From IMG/VR virus record IMGVR_UViG_3300030330_004274, positions 1-64,000 of that record: a stretch of DNA of 64,000 nucleotides. The stretch is one strand, 5' to 3'. How positions within the stretch are numbered: position 1 is the first letter of the stretch; each line of letters opens with the position of its first letter. Source of the stretch: a virus. Lineage: Duplodnaviria > Caudoviricetes. The notes beneath the pieces are model-generated. The model saw only the letters and a program-made list of their open reading frames with translations. It did no database searches and was not told the DNA's origin. This document shows, piece by piece, positions 54,762 to 64,000 of this stretch. The position numbers were made by a program, and so were the translations under genes.

Positions 54762-55493
54762 ATGTTAAAAGCAGAACAAATAGAAAATAATTGGAATAGT
54801 TTAATTAAATTAATAGAAGATTCTTTTGATGGTGAACGAAAAGATAATCTTTTAAAAATGTATAATCATTTAAAAGATAGAATGATGTTTGCACCAGCAA
54901 GTAGTAAAGAACATTTCCATAATGCATTTCCAGGTGGTTATGTAGACCATGTCTTAAACATCACAAGAGCAGTAAAGAGTGTTTATCAAACTTGGAAAGA
55001 ACACGGAGCACATATAAATTTTACTGAAGAGGAAATGATATTTGCTACTCTTCATCACGATTTAGGAAAAGTAGGTGATGATGAAATGGATTACTATATC
55101 CCAAATGAATCAGAATGGCATAGAAAAAATCAAGGTAAAATTTATACACCTAATCCAAAGTTACAATATATGAATGTATCAGATAGGTCGTTATGGTTAT
55201 TACAAAAGTTTAATGTAAAACTAAATCAAACCGAGTATATAGGATTGAAGTTAGCAGATGGATTATATGAAGAGGGTAACAAACAATATTTTATTTCATT
55301 TAGTCCAGATTTTGAATTACAGACAAATCTTCCACACATCATACATCAGGCAGATATGTTAGCATCAAAAACTGAAAGAGATAATTGGAAGTATGGGAAG
55401 AAAGAACAAGTTAATACAAAAGTTCCTAAAACACAAGATGAACAAAAACAAGTAGAAAATCTTAAATCAAAATTTGATGAGTTATTTGCTTAG
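54762..55493 (+). CDS. HD-domain phosphohydrolase
   Basis: APAS...H.A.PGG...H, LHHDLGKVG, HQAD. Confidence 0.8.
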   Translation: MLKAEQIENNWNSLIKLIEDSFDGERKDNLLKMYNHLKDRMMFAPASSKEHFHNAFPGGYVDHVLNITRAVKSVYQTWKEHGAHINFTEEEMIFATLHHDLGKVGDDEMDYYIPNESEWHRKNQGKIYTPNPKLQYMNVSDRSLWLLQKFNVKLNQTEYIGLKLADGLYEEGNKQYFISFSPDFELQTNLPHIIHQADMLASKTERDNWKYGKKEQVNTKVPKTQDEQKQVENLKSKFDELFA

Positions 55494-55502
55494 GAGAAAA
55501 TT

Positions 55503-55718
55503 ATGAAAAAATATTTAAAAAAAATAAATAAATGGTTAATAGATGTTACAGAAGTATTAAAAAATATTTTAGTATTTGCAGTGATATGTGGATTACTATT
55601 TAATGACCCATTTGGAATTATTAATACTATTAGTATTTTAATGAGTGGAGTGGGAGAGAAGGGATTGGCTGGGTTAATCTCTTTATTGATAATAATAACA
55701 ATGTATAGGGGGAAGTAA
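55503..55718 (+). CDS. small membrane protein (paralogue of 47694-47924)
   Basis: AGGAG RBS; G..GLAGLISLLIII. Confidence 0.6.
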   Translation: MKKYLKKINKWLIDVTEVLKNILVFAVICGLLFNDPFGIINTISILMSGVGEKGLAGLISLLIIITMYRGK

Positions 55719-55719
55719 T

Positions 55720-56004
55720 ATGTGGTGGTTATTCTTTGTTTTATTCTTTATCATTAGTATAGTATCATCTACTTTACTATATTTTTCGTTGAGAAGAATA
55801 ACACAATATGAAGAATTATTTCTTCAATTTCAACAAATAGTTACATTTGCTACACAGAAAATGAAATCAGTTGATACAAGAGGACATTATGAATCAGATG
55901 ATGAGACTGGATTTTTCTTTGAACAATTAAAACAATTACAATTAACTTTAGATGGAGTATTTGAAACAACAGAGGAGACGGAAGATGCCAAGAAAGAAAA
56001 CTAA
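55720..56004 (+). CDS. membrane-anchored hypothetical protein
   Basis: N-terminal TM; D..G.YESDDETGFFF. Confidence 0.6.
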   Translation: MWWLFFVLFFIISIVSSTLLYFSLRRITQYEELFLQFQQIVTFATQKMKSVDTRGHYESDDETGFFFEQLKQLQLTLDGVFETTEETEDAKKEN

Positions 56005-56707
56005 ACGAGAGCCTTATTTTGGAATGAAAGTTCAAGATGCAATTATTAGATATAATGCATTAGATGAACGAATAGATTTTTCAAAAAGGAATAAAATATA
56101 TCAAGAAGAAATTCATGCAGCGTTTGATAAACTATCAGAAAATATAATTAATACTTTTAAATTTAGTTATTTTGATGACCCGTTTAATGATGTAAAACAC
56201 GAAGTGGTAGCCTTTATGGTAATGAATATGCATAAATATGACCATACAAAAGGTTCAAAAGCATTTAGTTATTTTTCAGTTGTGGCTAAAAATTATTTAA
56301 TTCTTCATAACAATAATAATTATAAAAAATTAAAAACACATTCTGATATAACTACAATGCATAAACAACCACATTCTAATCTGTATGTAACAGAATCATC
56401 AGAATTTTATACTGATATATCAAAAGAACTTATAAAATATTTTAGTGAAAATATTCCAAATCTTTTTAAAAAGAAAAAAGATATGGATATTGCCTATTCT
56501 GTTTTAGAGTTGTTACAAAAACAAGAAGAGATAGAAAACTTTAATAAAAAAGCTCTTTACATTTTGATAAGAGAAATGACTAATGTTAAAACAAATGAAA
56601 TAACAAAAGTTGTTAATGTATTAAAAAAACATTATCGTAGAATAGTTTGGGATTACAATAATGGGGGAAAAAGTAAAAGCAACCCACCTATAAAAAGATT
56701 CTTCTAA
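55985..56707 (+). CDS. gp55-like phage sigma factor (late transcription)
   Basis: AII.YN, F.KL.ENII, KYD..KGSKAFSYFS.VAKNYLI (sigma region 2-like); upstream of structural genes. Confidence 0.6.
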   Translation: MPRKKTKREPYFGMKVQDAIIRYNALDERIDFSKRNKIYQEEIHAAFDKLSENIINTFKFSYFDDPFNDVKHEVVAFMVMNMHKYDHTKGSKAFSYFSVVAKNYLILHNNNNYKKLKTHSDITTMHKQPHSNLYVTESSEFYTDISKELIKYFSENIPNLFKKKKDMDIAYSVLELLQKQEEIENFNKKALYILIREMTNVKTNEITKVVNVLKKHYRRIVWDYNNGGKSKSNPPIKRFF

Positions 56708-56710
56708 CTT

Positions 56711-56741
56711 AAAGACCCCTACTTAAATGTGGGGGTTTTTT
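56711..56741 (+). terminator. intrinsic terminator
   Basis: GACCCCTAC/GTGGGGGTT stem followed by a T-run. Confidence 0.7.
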
Positions 56742-56792
56742 ATTATAATTTATATTTATATATGAATAGTTACATCTAATTAGGAGAATATT

Positions 56793-57188
56793 ATGTCAGA
56801 TGAAAAAGAAATATTTGAGGGAAAAACTTTCCAAGATTTAACAAAAGATATTTACGAAAATACTACAAAGCGTAAAACTCAAATTGATTTGTTAATATCA
56901 GAAATACACGGATTTATTCAAACCATAGATGATGTGGTAATGGTTGCACCTATTATAAAAGAATATATGGATACTGCTGTTAAGAATGATGAACATCTGG
57001 TTAAACTTGCTGGTGTACTACAAAGAATTATAAGTAAATCAAGTGGTACTAATGAGGAGAGTATGTTATTGTCCGATGCAGAAAAAGATGAGTTAATGGC
57101 TACACTTCAAGATACAGTCGAAGATTTAAATAATGAACAAAGTAGATTAGAAGGTATAAAAAATAAAACAATAGATTTGGGGAATTAA
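56793..57188 (+). CDS. conserved hypothetical protein
   Basis: AGGAG RBS; follows ATATTTATA at 56752. Confidence 0.6.
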   Translation: MSDEKEIFEGKTFQDLTKDIYENTTKRKTQIDLLISEIHGFIQTIDDVVMVAPIIKEYMDTAVKNDEHLVKLAGVLQRIISKSSGTNEESMLLSDAEKDELMATLQDTVEDLNNEQSRLEGIKNKTIDLGN

Positions 57189-58505
57189 ATGGGTTCAACA
57201 TTTACTACATTTCAAAGACCTGGTTTTGGATTTCTTAATGATAAGGAAGTATATTTACAATTTGTGCCTGGTAGTGTTGTAGAGGTAGTTACAAGTAAAG
57301 CATCTAAAACATATGCACAAGATAAATCTATGATGAATAGTATAATTGCATTACCACACATTTCAGAAAAACCTCAAAAGGAAACAATGTTAGATGAATC
57401 AAACCGTTATAAACCATTGTTTAGAGGTATGGTGGATGTGCCTGTAAAGGGTGACCCTGTCTTGTTATGTACTATTGCTGGTGTGAATTATTACTTAGGT
57501 CCATTAAATACACAAGGTGATGTAAACTTTAACATTGATAACGCGAGAAAACGAGATATTCAAATGAAAGCGAATACAGACCGTAACCCAACACCATTAG
57601 AAGAATTGGGTATATCAGATGCATTCCCAAGATATGCTCAAGAAAGATTACAAAAACCATATAATGATGAATTAGATAATCCAGGTAATGCAAAAATGTC
57701 CTTGTTAGAAATTCCAGGTGATATGGTATTTGAAGGTAGGTTTGGTAATAGTTTAAGGTTAGGAAGTAGATTTATAAATCCATATACAATACTTTCTAAT
57801 CGTAGAAGTATCCAAGCACATTCAGAATCAACAAGAGATGGTGGGTTGATATTTTTATCACATAAGGGAAGTATAAGACAACATTTTCAATTTGATGGGA
57901 AGTATAATGAAGATACTGAAGAAATAGAATTATCTCAATTTATTTTAGCAGATTCAGATGTTGAGGAACCAGATAGAAATATTCAATCTACATTTAGTAC
58001 TGCACTTGGTAGAGGAATTTTAGATGATGAAACTACATTTGATGCTGGTGTAGATATTTATGAATATGCAGATAATCAAATGTTATTAGCATCTGATAGA
58101 ATTATGCTTAATGCTCGTAAAGATAGTATATTTGTATCTTCATTTCAGTATTTACATTTTGGTGCTGGAAATACTATAACATTTTCTACAAATAATAATT
58201 TTCATATTTCTGCAGGAACAAGAACTGTTATAGATTCACCTGAAATAAAATTAGGTACAGATGATAATGACCTAACAGAACCATTAGTTCTTGGTGACCA
58301 ACTTGTAGATTTTTTAAAACAATTTTTAACTACAGTTAAAAAAATGAACGATACAATTACACAACAAGTTTTTGCAACTGGTGCAGGTCCAACTGCTGTT
58401 GGTCCAACTAATGCAGCTGCATTTAAAGCAATCAATACTTCAGATATTAAAAAATTAGAAGATACAATAGAAGAAATATTAAGTCAAACAAATAGAACAA
58501 CATAA
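57189..58505 (+). CDS. baseplate hub/spike (gp5-like) protein
   Basis: PVKGDPV.L OB-like region, GD...EGRFGNSLRLGS, SDRI.LNAR, EPLVLGD; context. Confidence 0.6.
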   Translation: MGSTFTTFQRPGFGFLNDKEVYLQFVPGSVVEVVTSKASKTYAQDKSMMNSIIALPHISEKPQKETMLDESNRYKPLFRGMVDVPVKGDPVLLCTIAGVNYYLGPLNTQGDVNFNIDNARKRDIQMKANTDRNPTPLEELGISDAFPRYAQERLQKPYNDELDNPGNAKMSLLEIPGDMVFEGRFGNSLRLGSRFINPYTILSNRRSIQAHSESTRDGGLIFLSHKGSIRQHFQFDGKYNEDTEEIELSQFILADSDVEEPDRNIQSTFSTALGRGILDDETTFDAGVDIYEYADNQMLLASDRIMLNARKDSIFVSSFQYLHFGAGNTITFSTNNNFHISAGTRTVIDSPEIKLGTDDNDLTEPLVLGDQLVDFLKQFLTTVKKMNDTITQQVFATGAGPTAVGPTNAAAFKAINTSDIKKLEDTIEEILSQTNRTT

Positions 58506-58508
58506 TAA

Positions 58509-59753
58509 ATGATAAAAAAATTAAAATACTATTTCATACCTCTAAATCCAAATTTGGATTTCATTTCTAAGTTTCCAGAATTATCAAATGATATTATGAA
58601 AATTACAGATTTTATAAGTAGATTAAACTTTGAAAGTGTTGGTGAACATCCACAATATGGTCAGATAGGAATTAAACCAACATTGGTTCATACAAACTTT
58701 GAATCTAATGAAGTTGCAGATACTATGAGGTGTGTTGCATTATTTGAAGATGATTCTATATTTGAAAGTAATTTTTATATAGTAGATGTAAACACAAATG
58801 TTTTTTTAAATAGATATATAACTGAAGATTATAAAGCTAATAGTGAGGGTGAATTAATAGATGCCTGTATTGGTGTTTTGGTTACTGAAAAAGAATCTGT
58901 TGATAATTATAAAGTAATTAGTTTACCAGATGAGGCAAATTCTGTTACAAAAGTACAATTAGAATCAGGAATAAGAATGGATTCAGAAAGTTTTTTTGAT
59001 TCGGCACTAAAAAAAGTTTATCTACTTTCACCATTAAATGCAGGTGAGAGAGTAACGGTATGTTATTCGAGTGATGTATTAGATGATGTACAAGTAGAAA
59101 ACATTGCAGGTTTTGATATGGGTAGGTTGTTAGTTCATACTGGTCAAAATCAAATGATAGAAGAAGCAAAGAAAAAAGGTAAACGATTAATTCCTTTTGG
59201 TAGATGGATATTATTTGCTATTAGGTTATGGTTATATTTACAGTTACCATCTATTGTAGGGCCTTTTATAAAAAGAGGTCCGGCTTGGAAATCAGGTGAA
59301 TTGGCAGATGTAATTGTAGATTATTATAAACAGACAGTTATGGGTGCATTTAATATTTGGGCAAACTTACCTGATAGAAATCCAGGTGAACAAGGAATGA
59401 GAAGAGTTTTAAAAGCTGCATTCTTGATGTTATATTTATCAGGTGGAAGTAAAGATTTAGCAAAGTTAGCAGACCCATTAATTAAATTATCAGTTATGGT
59501 TTTTTGGTTTGGTGCAACATTAAAAAAAATACCACCTCCAGGCTCTATACAAAATGTAATTTCACCAGTAGTGTTTCCAGGTATACCTTTTGTAACTGCA
59601 CCTACTCCTTCTACTGATAGTACACAGATGGCAAGAGAGTTTGCGTTTATGTTTGCAATACATTCTTTAACATTAGTTGGTTTTGAAATAGGTATGGTGC
59701 CGGTTGGTACTGGTGCAATACCAGTTCCATATCCTTTTGTTGCATTGATTTAA
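58509..59753 (+). CDS. hypothetical structural-region protein
   Basis: Long ORF among baseplate genes. Confidence 0.55.
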   Translation: MIKKLKYYFIPLNPNLDFISKFPELSNDIMKITDFISRLNFESVGEHPQYGQIGIKPTLVHTNFESNEVADTMRCVALFEDDSIFESNFYIVDVNTNVFLNRYITEDYKANSEGELIDACIGVLVTEKESVDNYKVISLPDEANSVTKVQLESGIRMDSESFFDSALKKVYLLSPLNAGERVTVCYSSDVLDDVQVENIAGFDMGRLLVHTGQNQMIEEAKKKGKRLIPFGRWILFAIRLWLYLQLPSIVGPFIKRGPAWKSGELADVIVDYYKQTVMGAFNIWANLPDRNPGEQGMRRVLKAAFLMLYLSGGSKDLAKLADPLIKLSVMVFWFGATLKKIPPPGSIQNVISPVVFPGIPFVTAPTPSTDSTQMAREFAFMFAIHSLTLVGFEIGMVPVGTGAIPVPYPFVALI

Positions 59754-59825
59754 TATTTTATTTAACACAAAATCTACAATTTTGATATTTATATATGAAT
59801 AATTGTATTTATTACGGAGGTTTTT

Positions 59826-60239
59826 ATGAAGAAATCAGAGTTAAAATTAATGATAAGACAAATAGTTAGAGAAGAAGTTGCGTTAACAATAAAAGAAGTA
59901 ATAGCAGAAATTGTACAACCTACTAAAAATGTAACAAAACAAAAAAAGAAAATAGTTGAGAAAAAAACATATACATCCAATTCGGTATTGAATGATGTAT
60001 TGAATGAAACAGCTCAAGATGGTGATTGGAAAACATTAGGTGGTAAAGAATTTACAACTGATAGAATGAGTGAAATAGTTGGTGGTAATTATGCAGATAT
60101 GATGAATAATGAAAATAGTGTATCTACACCACAACAAGTTTCACCAAGTGACCCAATGGCACAATTTTTAAATAAAGATTATAGACAAGTTATGCAAAAA
60201 GTTGATGAAAAAGATAAGAGGAAACGCGGAGTTAGTTAA
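59826..60239 (+). CDS. hypothetical protein
   Basis: GGAGG RBS; MKKSELKLMIRQIVREEV; follows ATATTTATA at 59785. Confidence 0.6.
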   Translation: MKKSELKLMIRQIVREEVALTIKEVIAEIVQPTKNVTKQKKKIVEKKTYTSNSVLNDVLNETAQDGDWKTLGGKEFTTDRMSEIVGGNYADMMNNENSVSTPQQVSPSDPMAQFLNKDYRQVMQKVDEKDKRKRGVS

Positions 60240-60691
60240 TGGCTATAATAGATACTGAAAAAACAAAGAAACCTTATGTTATTGATAGGGATACTAATTC
60301 TTTTGTAGGATTAGATTTACCTCTACATAGAGGAGGGGGTGCAGAAGGTAATTTTAAATGCACTGAAACTGTAAGAGATGCAGTGATTGTTAATATTAAA
60401 AATCTATTACAAACAGAATTAAAGGAAAGAGTTTTTCAGCCTAACATTGGTATTCAGTTAAGACAGTATTTGTTTGAACCATTTACTGAAGAGATTAAAA
60501 CAACCATTCAAGAATCTATTATAAAAACTTTTAATTTTTGGTTACCATTCGTATTAGTTAAAGATGTTATGGTTAATATGGCAAAATCAGATGATGATGT
60601 AAATAAAAATACTTTAAGAGTAAAAGTAACTTTTGCTTTAAATTCTACACCTAGCGTGTTAGAATCAGTTCAAGTACAATATGGAGCTTAA
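60239..60691 (+). CDS. baseplate wedge subunit gp25-like
   Basis: NIKNLLQT..KERVFQPNIG..L..YLFEP, WLP. Confidence 0.8.
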   Translation: MAIIDTEKTKKPYVIDRDTNSFVGLDLPLHRGGGAEGNFKCTETVRDAVIVNIKNLLQTELKERVFQPNIGIQLRQYLFEPFTEEIKTTIQESIIKTFNFWLPFVLVKDVMVNMAKSDDDVNKNTLRVKVTFALNSTPSVLESVQVQYGA

Positions 60692-60693
60692 TT

Positions 60694-62886
60694 ATGCCTT
60701 ATAGTGATGAAACAATAAATGTAAGTACGGTAAAATATGTTGATAGAGATTTTGTAGGTTTAAAAAATTCATTAATAAATTTTTCAAAACAATATTTTCC
60801 AAACACATATCGTGATTTCAATGAAACATCACCTGGTATGATGTTAATTGAAATGTCTGCATATGTGGGTGATGTACTTAATTTTTATATTGATAATCAA
60901 TTTCAAGAAATGATGTTACCTCTTGCAGAGGAAAGAAGAAATGTTATAAATCTTGCAAGAACATTTGGTTATAAAAATAAAGCAATAGTTCCTGCGTTTG
61001 TAGAATTAAAAGTAACTCAAGAATTACCAGCAGATGTATCTAATCCAAATAGTCCAGTCCCTAATTATACTAATGCATTAGTATTAGAAAAAGGAATGCA
61101 AATAGGTTCTACATCTGATAATACTATAGTATTTGAAACATTGGATGTTGTAGATTTTCAAACAAGTGGTTCATACGATATAGAACCAGAAGTATCATCA
61201 GTAAACACAGATACTGGTTTGGCAAATAAATTTAAATTAACAAGAAAAGTTAAAGCAATTAGTGGTGAAACTAAAACATTTACTTTTAATGTTGGAAATC
61301 CAACAAAATATTTAACATTAACTTTACCAGATAATGATGTTGTAGAGATTATTTCCTGTAAAGATAAAAATAATAATGATTGGTATGAAGTTGATTATTT
61401 AGCACAAGATAGAGTTCCTAAAGAATTACATTGGACAAGTGATACTGCAAGAGATAGTGCTTACTCAACTCCATCAGGACAAACTTTGGCTACACCAGTT
61501 CCTTATTCACTAAATTACATTAAGGCAAACAAAAGATTTATAACACAGGTAGATGAAAACGGATTAACATCTTTAGTTTTTGGTAACGGTATATTAAAAA
61601 ATGGTCAAAAAATTGGTGATGGTTTTTTAAGTGTAGAACAAATTGGATTAACCTTACCAGGTCAAACAGAAGGATTGGATAAAAATATAAATCCATTATT
61701 AGGCGATAATTATGCAACATTAGGAGAGGCACCTACACAAACTTCTTTGACTGTAGAATACAGAGTGGGAGGTGGTATAAAAACAAATGTAGTTTCAGGT
61801 GATTTATCATCAATTGTTTCTGCAACAACAAATCCTGCTGGTCTATCAACATCAACTATTGAGGTTACAAATGATTTACCTGCATCAGGTGGTGCAGATG
61901 AAGAAAGTGTTGAAGAAATAAAACAAAGAGTAATGAACTCTTATGCTACTCAAAACCGATGTGTTACAAAAGAAGATTACGAAGCAAGAATATTGGCAAT
62001 GCCTGCAAAGTTTGGTGGGTTTGCAAAAGTTTATGTAAATAGAGCAGGAACATATAGTAAAGATGAAATGTTATCAGTTAAAAAAACTAATATAATTAAT
62101 TTGGTTGACAGTGTTATTAATGCATACAATACTACAATTAATGGTGGAGGTGATGCTAACTCTATTGATTTATCTGGTGTAGATTTTGATTTAAATGCAG
62201 ATGGTTCAATTGATACAACTGATATACAAAACGCTATGGCATTAATAGAAGAGGCAGGAGAAAATCTTACAGAAAGAGATACACTTCCTACAATAGATGT
62301 ATATACTTTATCTTATGATACTAATAAAAATTTAATACCTACACCAACATTTATTCAACAAAATTTAAGAAAATATTTAGCAAATTTTAGATTAATAACA
62401 GACCAAGTTACACTTAGAAATGGTTTTATTATAAACTTCGGTGTTGTATTTGATGTTGTAGCAGATAGAAATGCAAATAAACAAGAAATAAAAGTACAAT
62501 GTATTCAAGCAATAATTGATTATTTTAATATAGATAAAATGAATTTTAAACAAACTATTAATAGTAATAATGTTGAATATATTTTACAAGGTATTCCAGG
62601 TGTAAGGTCAGTAAATCATGTCACATTGACACAAGATTTTGATTGGAGTAAAGATGCTGCCGGACAAACACAACCTGCATTTAAAATACCTTTATATGAT
62701 AAAGTAATTAATTCTGCAGGTAAAGTTGAAAATCTTACAAGCAATGGTTATGGATATTATTATAAATTTAAAAGTTTTTATGGGCAAGAGGCTGTATCTG
62801 GTCGTGGTGTTGTATTACCAGCATATGACCCATCAGTATTTGAGTTAAAAAATCCATTCGCAAATGTAAAGGGGATAGTTAGATAA
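60694..62886 (+). CDS. baseplate wedge subunit gp6-like
   Basis: YVDRDF..LK..L, DFNETSPG, AYVGD.L.FY, FGNG, YRVGGG, GG.D.ES.EEIK, QNRCVTKEDY. Confidence 0.85.
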   Translation: MPYSDETINVSTVKYVDRDFVGLKNSLINFSKQYFPNTYRDFNETSPGMMLIEMSAYVGDVLNFYIDNQFQEMMLPLAEERRNVINLARTFGYKNKAIVPAFVELKVTQELPADVSNPNSPVPNYTNALVLEKGMQIGSTSDNTIVFETLDVVDFQTSGSYDIEPEVSSVNTDTGLANKFKLTRKVKAISGETKTFTFNVGNPTKYLTLTLPDNDVVEIISCKDKNNNDWYEVDYLAQDRVPKELHWTSDTARDSAYSTPSGQTLATPVPYSLNYIKANKRFITQVDENGLTSLVFGNGILKNGQKIGDGFLSVEQIGLTLPGQTEGLDKNINPLLGDNYATLGEAPTQTSLTVEYRVGGGIKTNVVSGDLSSIVSATTNPAGLSTSTIEVTNDLPASGGADEESVEEIKQRVMNSYATQNRCVTKEDYEARILAMPAKFGGFAKVYVNRAGTYSKDEMLSVKKTNIINLVDSVINAYNTTINGGGDANSIDLSGVDFDLNADGSIDTTDIQNAMALIEEAGENLTERDTLPTIDVYTLSYDTNKNLIPTPTFIQQNLRKYLANFRLITDQVTLRNGFIINFGVVFDVVADRNANKQEIKVQCIQAIIDYFNIDKMNFKQTINSNNVEYILQGIPGVRSVNHVTLTQDFDWSKDAAGQTQPAFKIPLYDKVINSAGKVENLTSNGYGYYYKFKSFYGQEAVSGRGVVLPAYDPSVFELKNPFANVKGIVR

Positions 62887-64000
62887 TGTATTATAATATT
62901 TTTCCAACAACAGATAATTGGATTTCATCTGGTTCAGATAACTTAACAGGTGAAGTTTTTGTAGATGCCAATTATGGTAAAGACCAAATTCTTGAATTAA
63001 AAAAAGTTTTCTTTAACGATACTTTTGATTATCAAACAAGAGTGTTGGTAAATTTTGCCGGAACAGATTTAACTTCAATATCAGCATCAGTGTCTGATGG
63101 AACAATTACAAATCCTAAATATTATTTAAAATTATATGAGGCGGAAGGAACTCAAGAATTAACAGAAGATTATACAATTGCTGCATTTCCTATTTCAGAA
63201 TCTTGGGTTGAGGGAGTTGGTAAAGCAAATTCAGACCCGAAAGTAACTAATGGTTGTAGTTGGAAAAATAGAAGTGCTGAACCAAACGCTAGTGAAATTG
63301 CATGGACTACACCTGGTGGTGGTGTAACTTATGTAAGTGGTGCAGCATATGTAACATCACAAAGTTTTTCAAATGAATCACCTGATGTTAGTATGGATGT
63401 ATCAAGAATAGTAAATGGTTGGTTTGATAACACAAACGATAATTATGGATTTTTATTGAGATTTAGTGGTAGTCAAGAAACAAACACATCTACCTTTGGT
63501 CAGTTAAAATTCTTTTCAAGAAATACTCATACAATTTATGCACCAAAACTTCAAGTTCGTTGGGATGACCACTCACCTTGTACTGGTTCAAATACTGGTT
63601 CACTAACACAACTTACAATGAGTGGTGGCGTTGAAAATTATATTTATCCAATTGGATTTAAAGAAAGTTATAAAGAAACAGAAAAAGTAAAGTTTAGATT
63701 TGGTGCAAGAAAGCGTTATATACAAAAAACATTTTCGACATCAGTACAAACAATAAGTGGTTCTTTTATACCAGAGGGTAGTGGTAGTTATTCAATTATA
63801 GATAAAGCAACAGGAGAAACTGTAGTCCCATTTGATGATGATTATACAAAGTTAAGTTGTGATGTAACATCAAATTATTTCACTCAATGGTTAAATGGTT
63901 TTGAACCCGATAGGGCATATAAAATATTAATAAAAGTAAAATATGATGATAAACAGGAACACATATTTGATGATGATTTTGAATTTATAATTAGGAGGTA
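62886..64000 (+). CDS. baseplate-associated protein with a DNRLRE-like N-terminal domain (runs to the window end)
   Basis: TAATG overlap; MYYNIFPTTDNWI...NYGKDQILEL...RVLVNF; frame appears open to the edge. Confidence 0.6.
   Translation, partial: MYYNIFPTTDNWISSGSDNLTGEVFVDANYGKDQILELKKVFFNDTFDYQTRVLVNFAGTDLTSISASVSDGTITNPKYYLKLYEAEGTQELTEDYTIAAFPISESWVEGVGKANSDPKVTNGCSWKNRSAEPNASEIAWTTPGGGVTYVSGAAYVTSQSFSNESPDVSMDVSRIVNGWFDNTNDNYGFLLRFSGSQETNTSTFGQLKFFSRNTHTIYAPKLQVRWDDHSPCTGSNTGSLTQLTMSGGVENYIYPIGFKESYKETEKVKFRFGARKRYIQKTFSTSVQTISGSFIPEGSGSYSIIDKATGETVVPFDDDYTKLSCDVTSNYFTQWLNGFEPDRAYKILIKVKYDDKQEHIFDDDFEFIIRR

Noticed and set aside
50116-55493. Known 2-aminoadenine or 7-deazaguanine pathway
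   Set aside because: No PurZ, FolE, QueD, QueE or DpdA in the window, and the amidotransferase has AsnB motifs rather than the QueC zinc-binding cysteines
746-61732. Numerous short minus-strand and nested alternate-frame ORFs in the track
   Set aside because: They lie inside well-supported genes and show no motifs; only the 37219-39936 minus-strand operon is credible
1-64000. Stop-codon reassignment
   Set aside because: Recognisable genes are intact under code 11, and TAA, TAG and TGA all end genes

Overview
AT-rich (roughly 70% A+T by eye), gene-dense, almost entirely + strand segment of a large T4-like/jumbo myovirus genome, probably marine, using the standard genetic code. Layout: (1) 1-18.6 kb, a sugar biosynthesis/glycosyltransferase island (GT4/GT2/GT8-like enzymes, a cytidylyltransferase-aldolase fusion, a DesII-like radical SAM enzyme, Gmd, SDR dehydratases/epimerases, a short UDP-sugar dehydrogenase); (2) 18.6-44 kb, accessory genes with tRNA-Ala(UGC), tRNA-Pro(UGG), two SET-domain proteins, a MoxR-type AAA+ ATPase and a vWA protein, UvsE, HNH nucleases, a GHKL-nuclease fusion, a CCA-adding enzyme, a PNKP-type phosphatase and Hsp20; (3) 44-55.5 kb, peptide deformylase, a porin-like protein, PhoH and a candidate base-modification cluster (amino-methyltransferase, thymidylate synthase-like, asparagine synthetase-like, PLP enzyme, HD hydrolase); (4) 56-64 kb, a gp55-like sigma factor and baseplate genes. 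Three promoter classes are visible, including a seven-copy TGTTACA-N3-TGTTACA regulon. The best candidates for new biology are a ~500-nt structured ncRNA with anti-Shine-Dalgarno loops (co-regulated with transcripts carrying in-frame leaderless AUGs), the base-modification cluster with an AGCT-site array upstream, and a CCA-adding enzyme with a putative capsid-targeting N-terminus. All family calls come from motif recognition by eye; no searches or folding programs were run.
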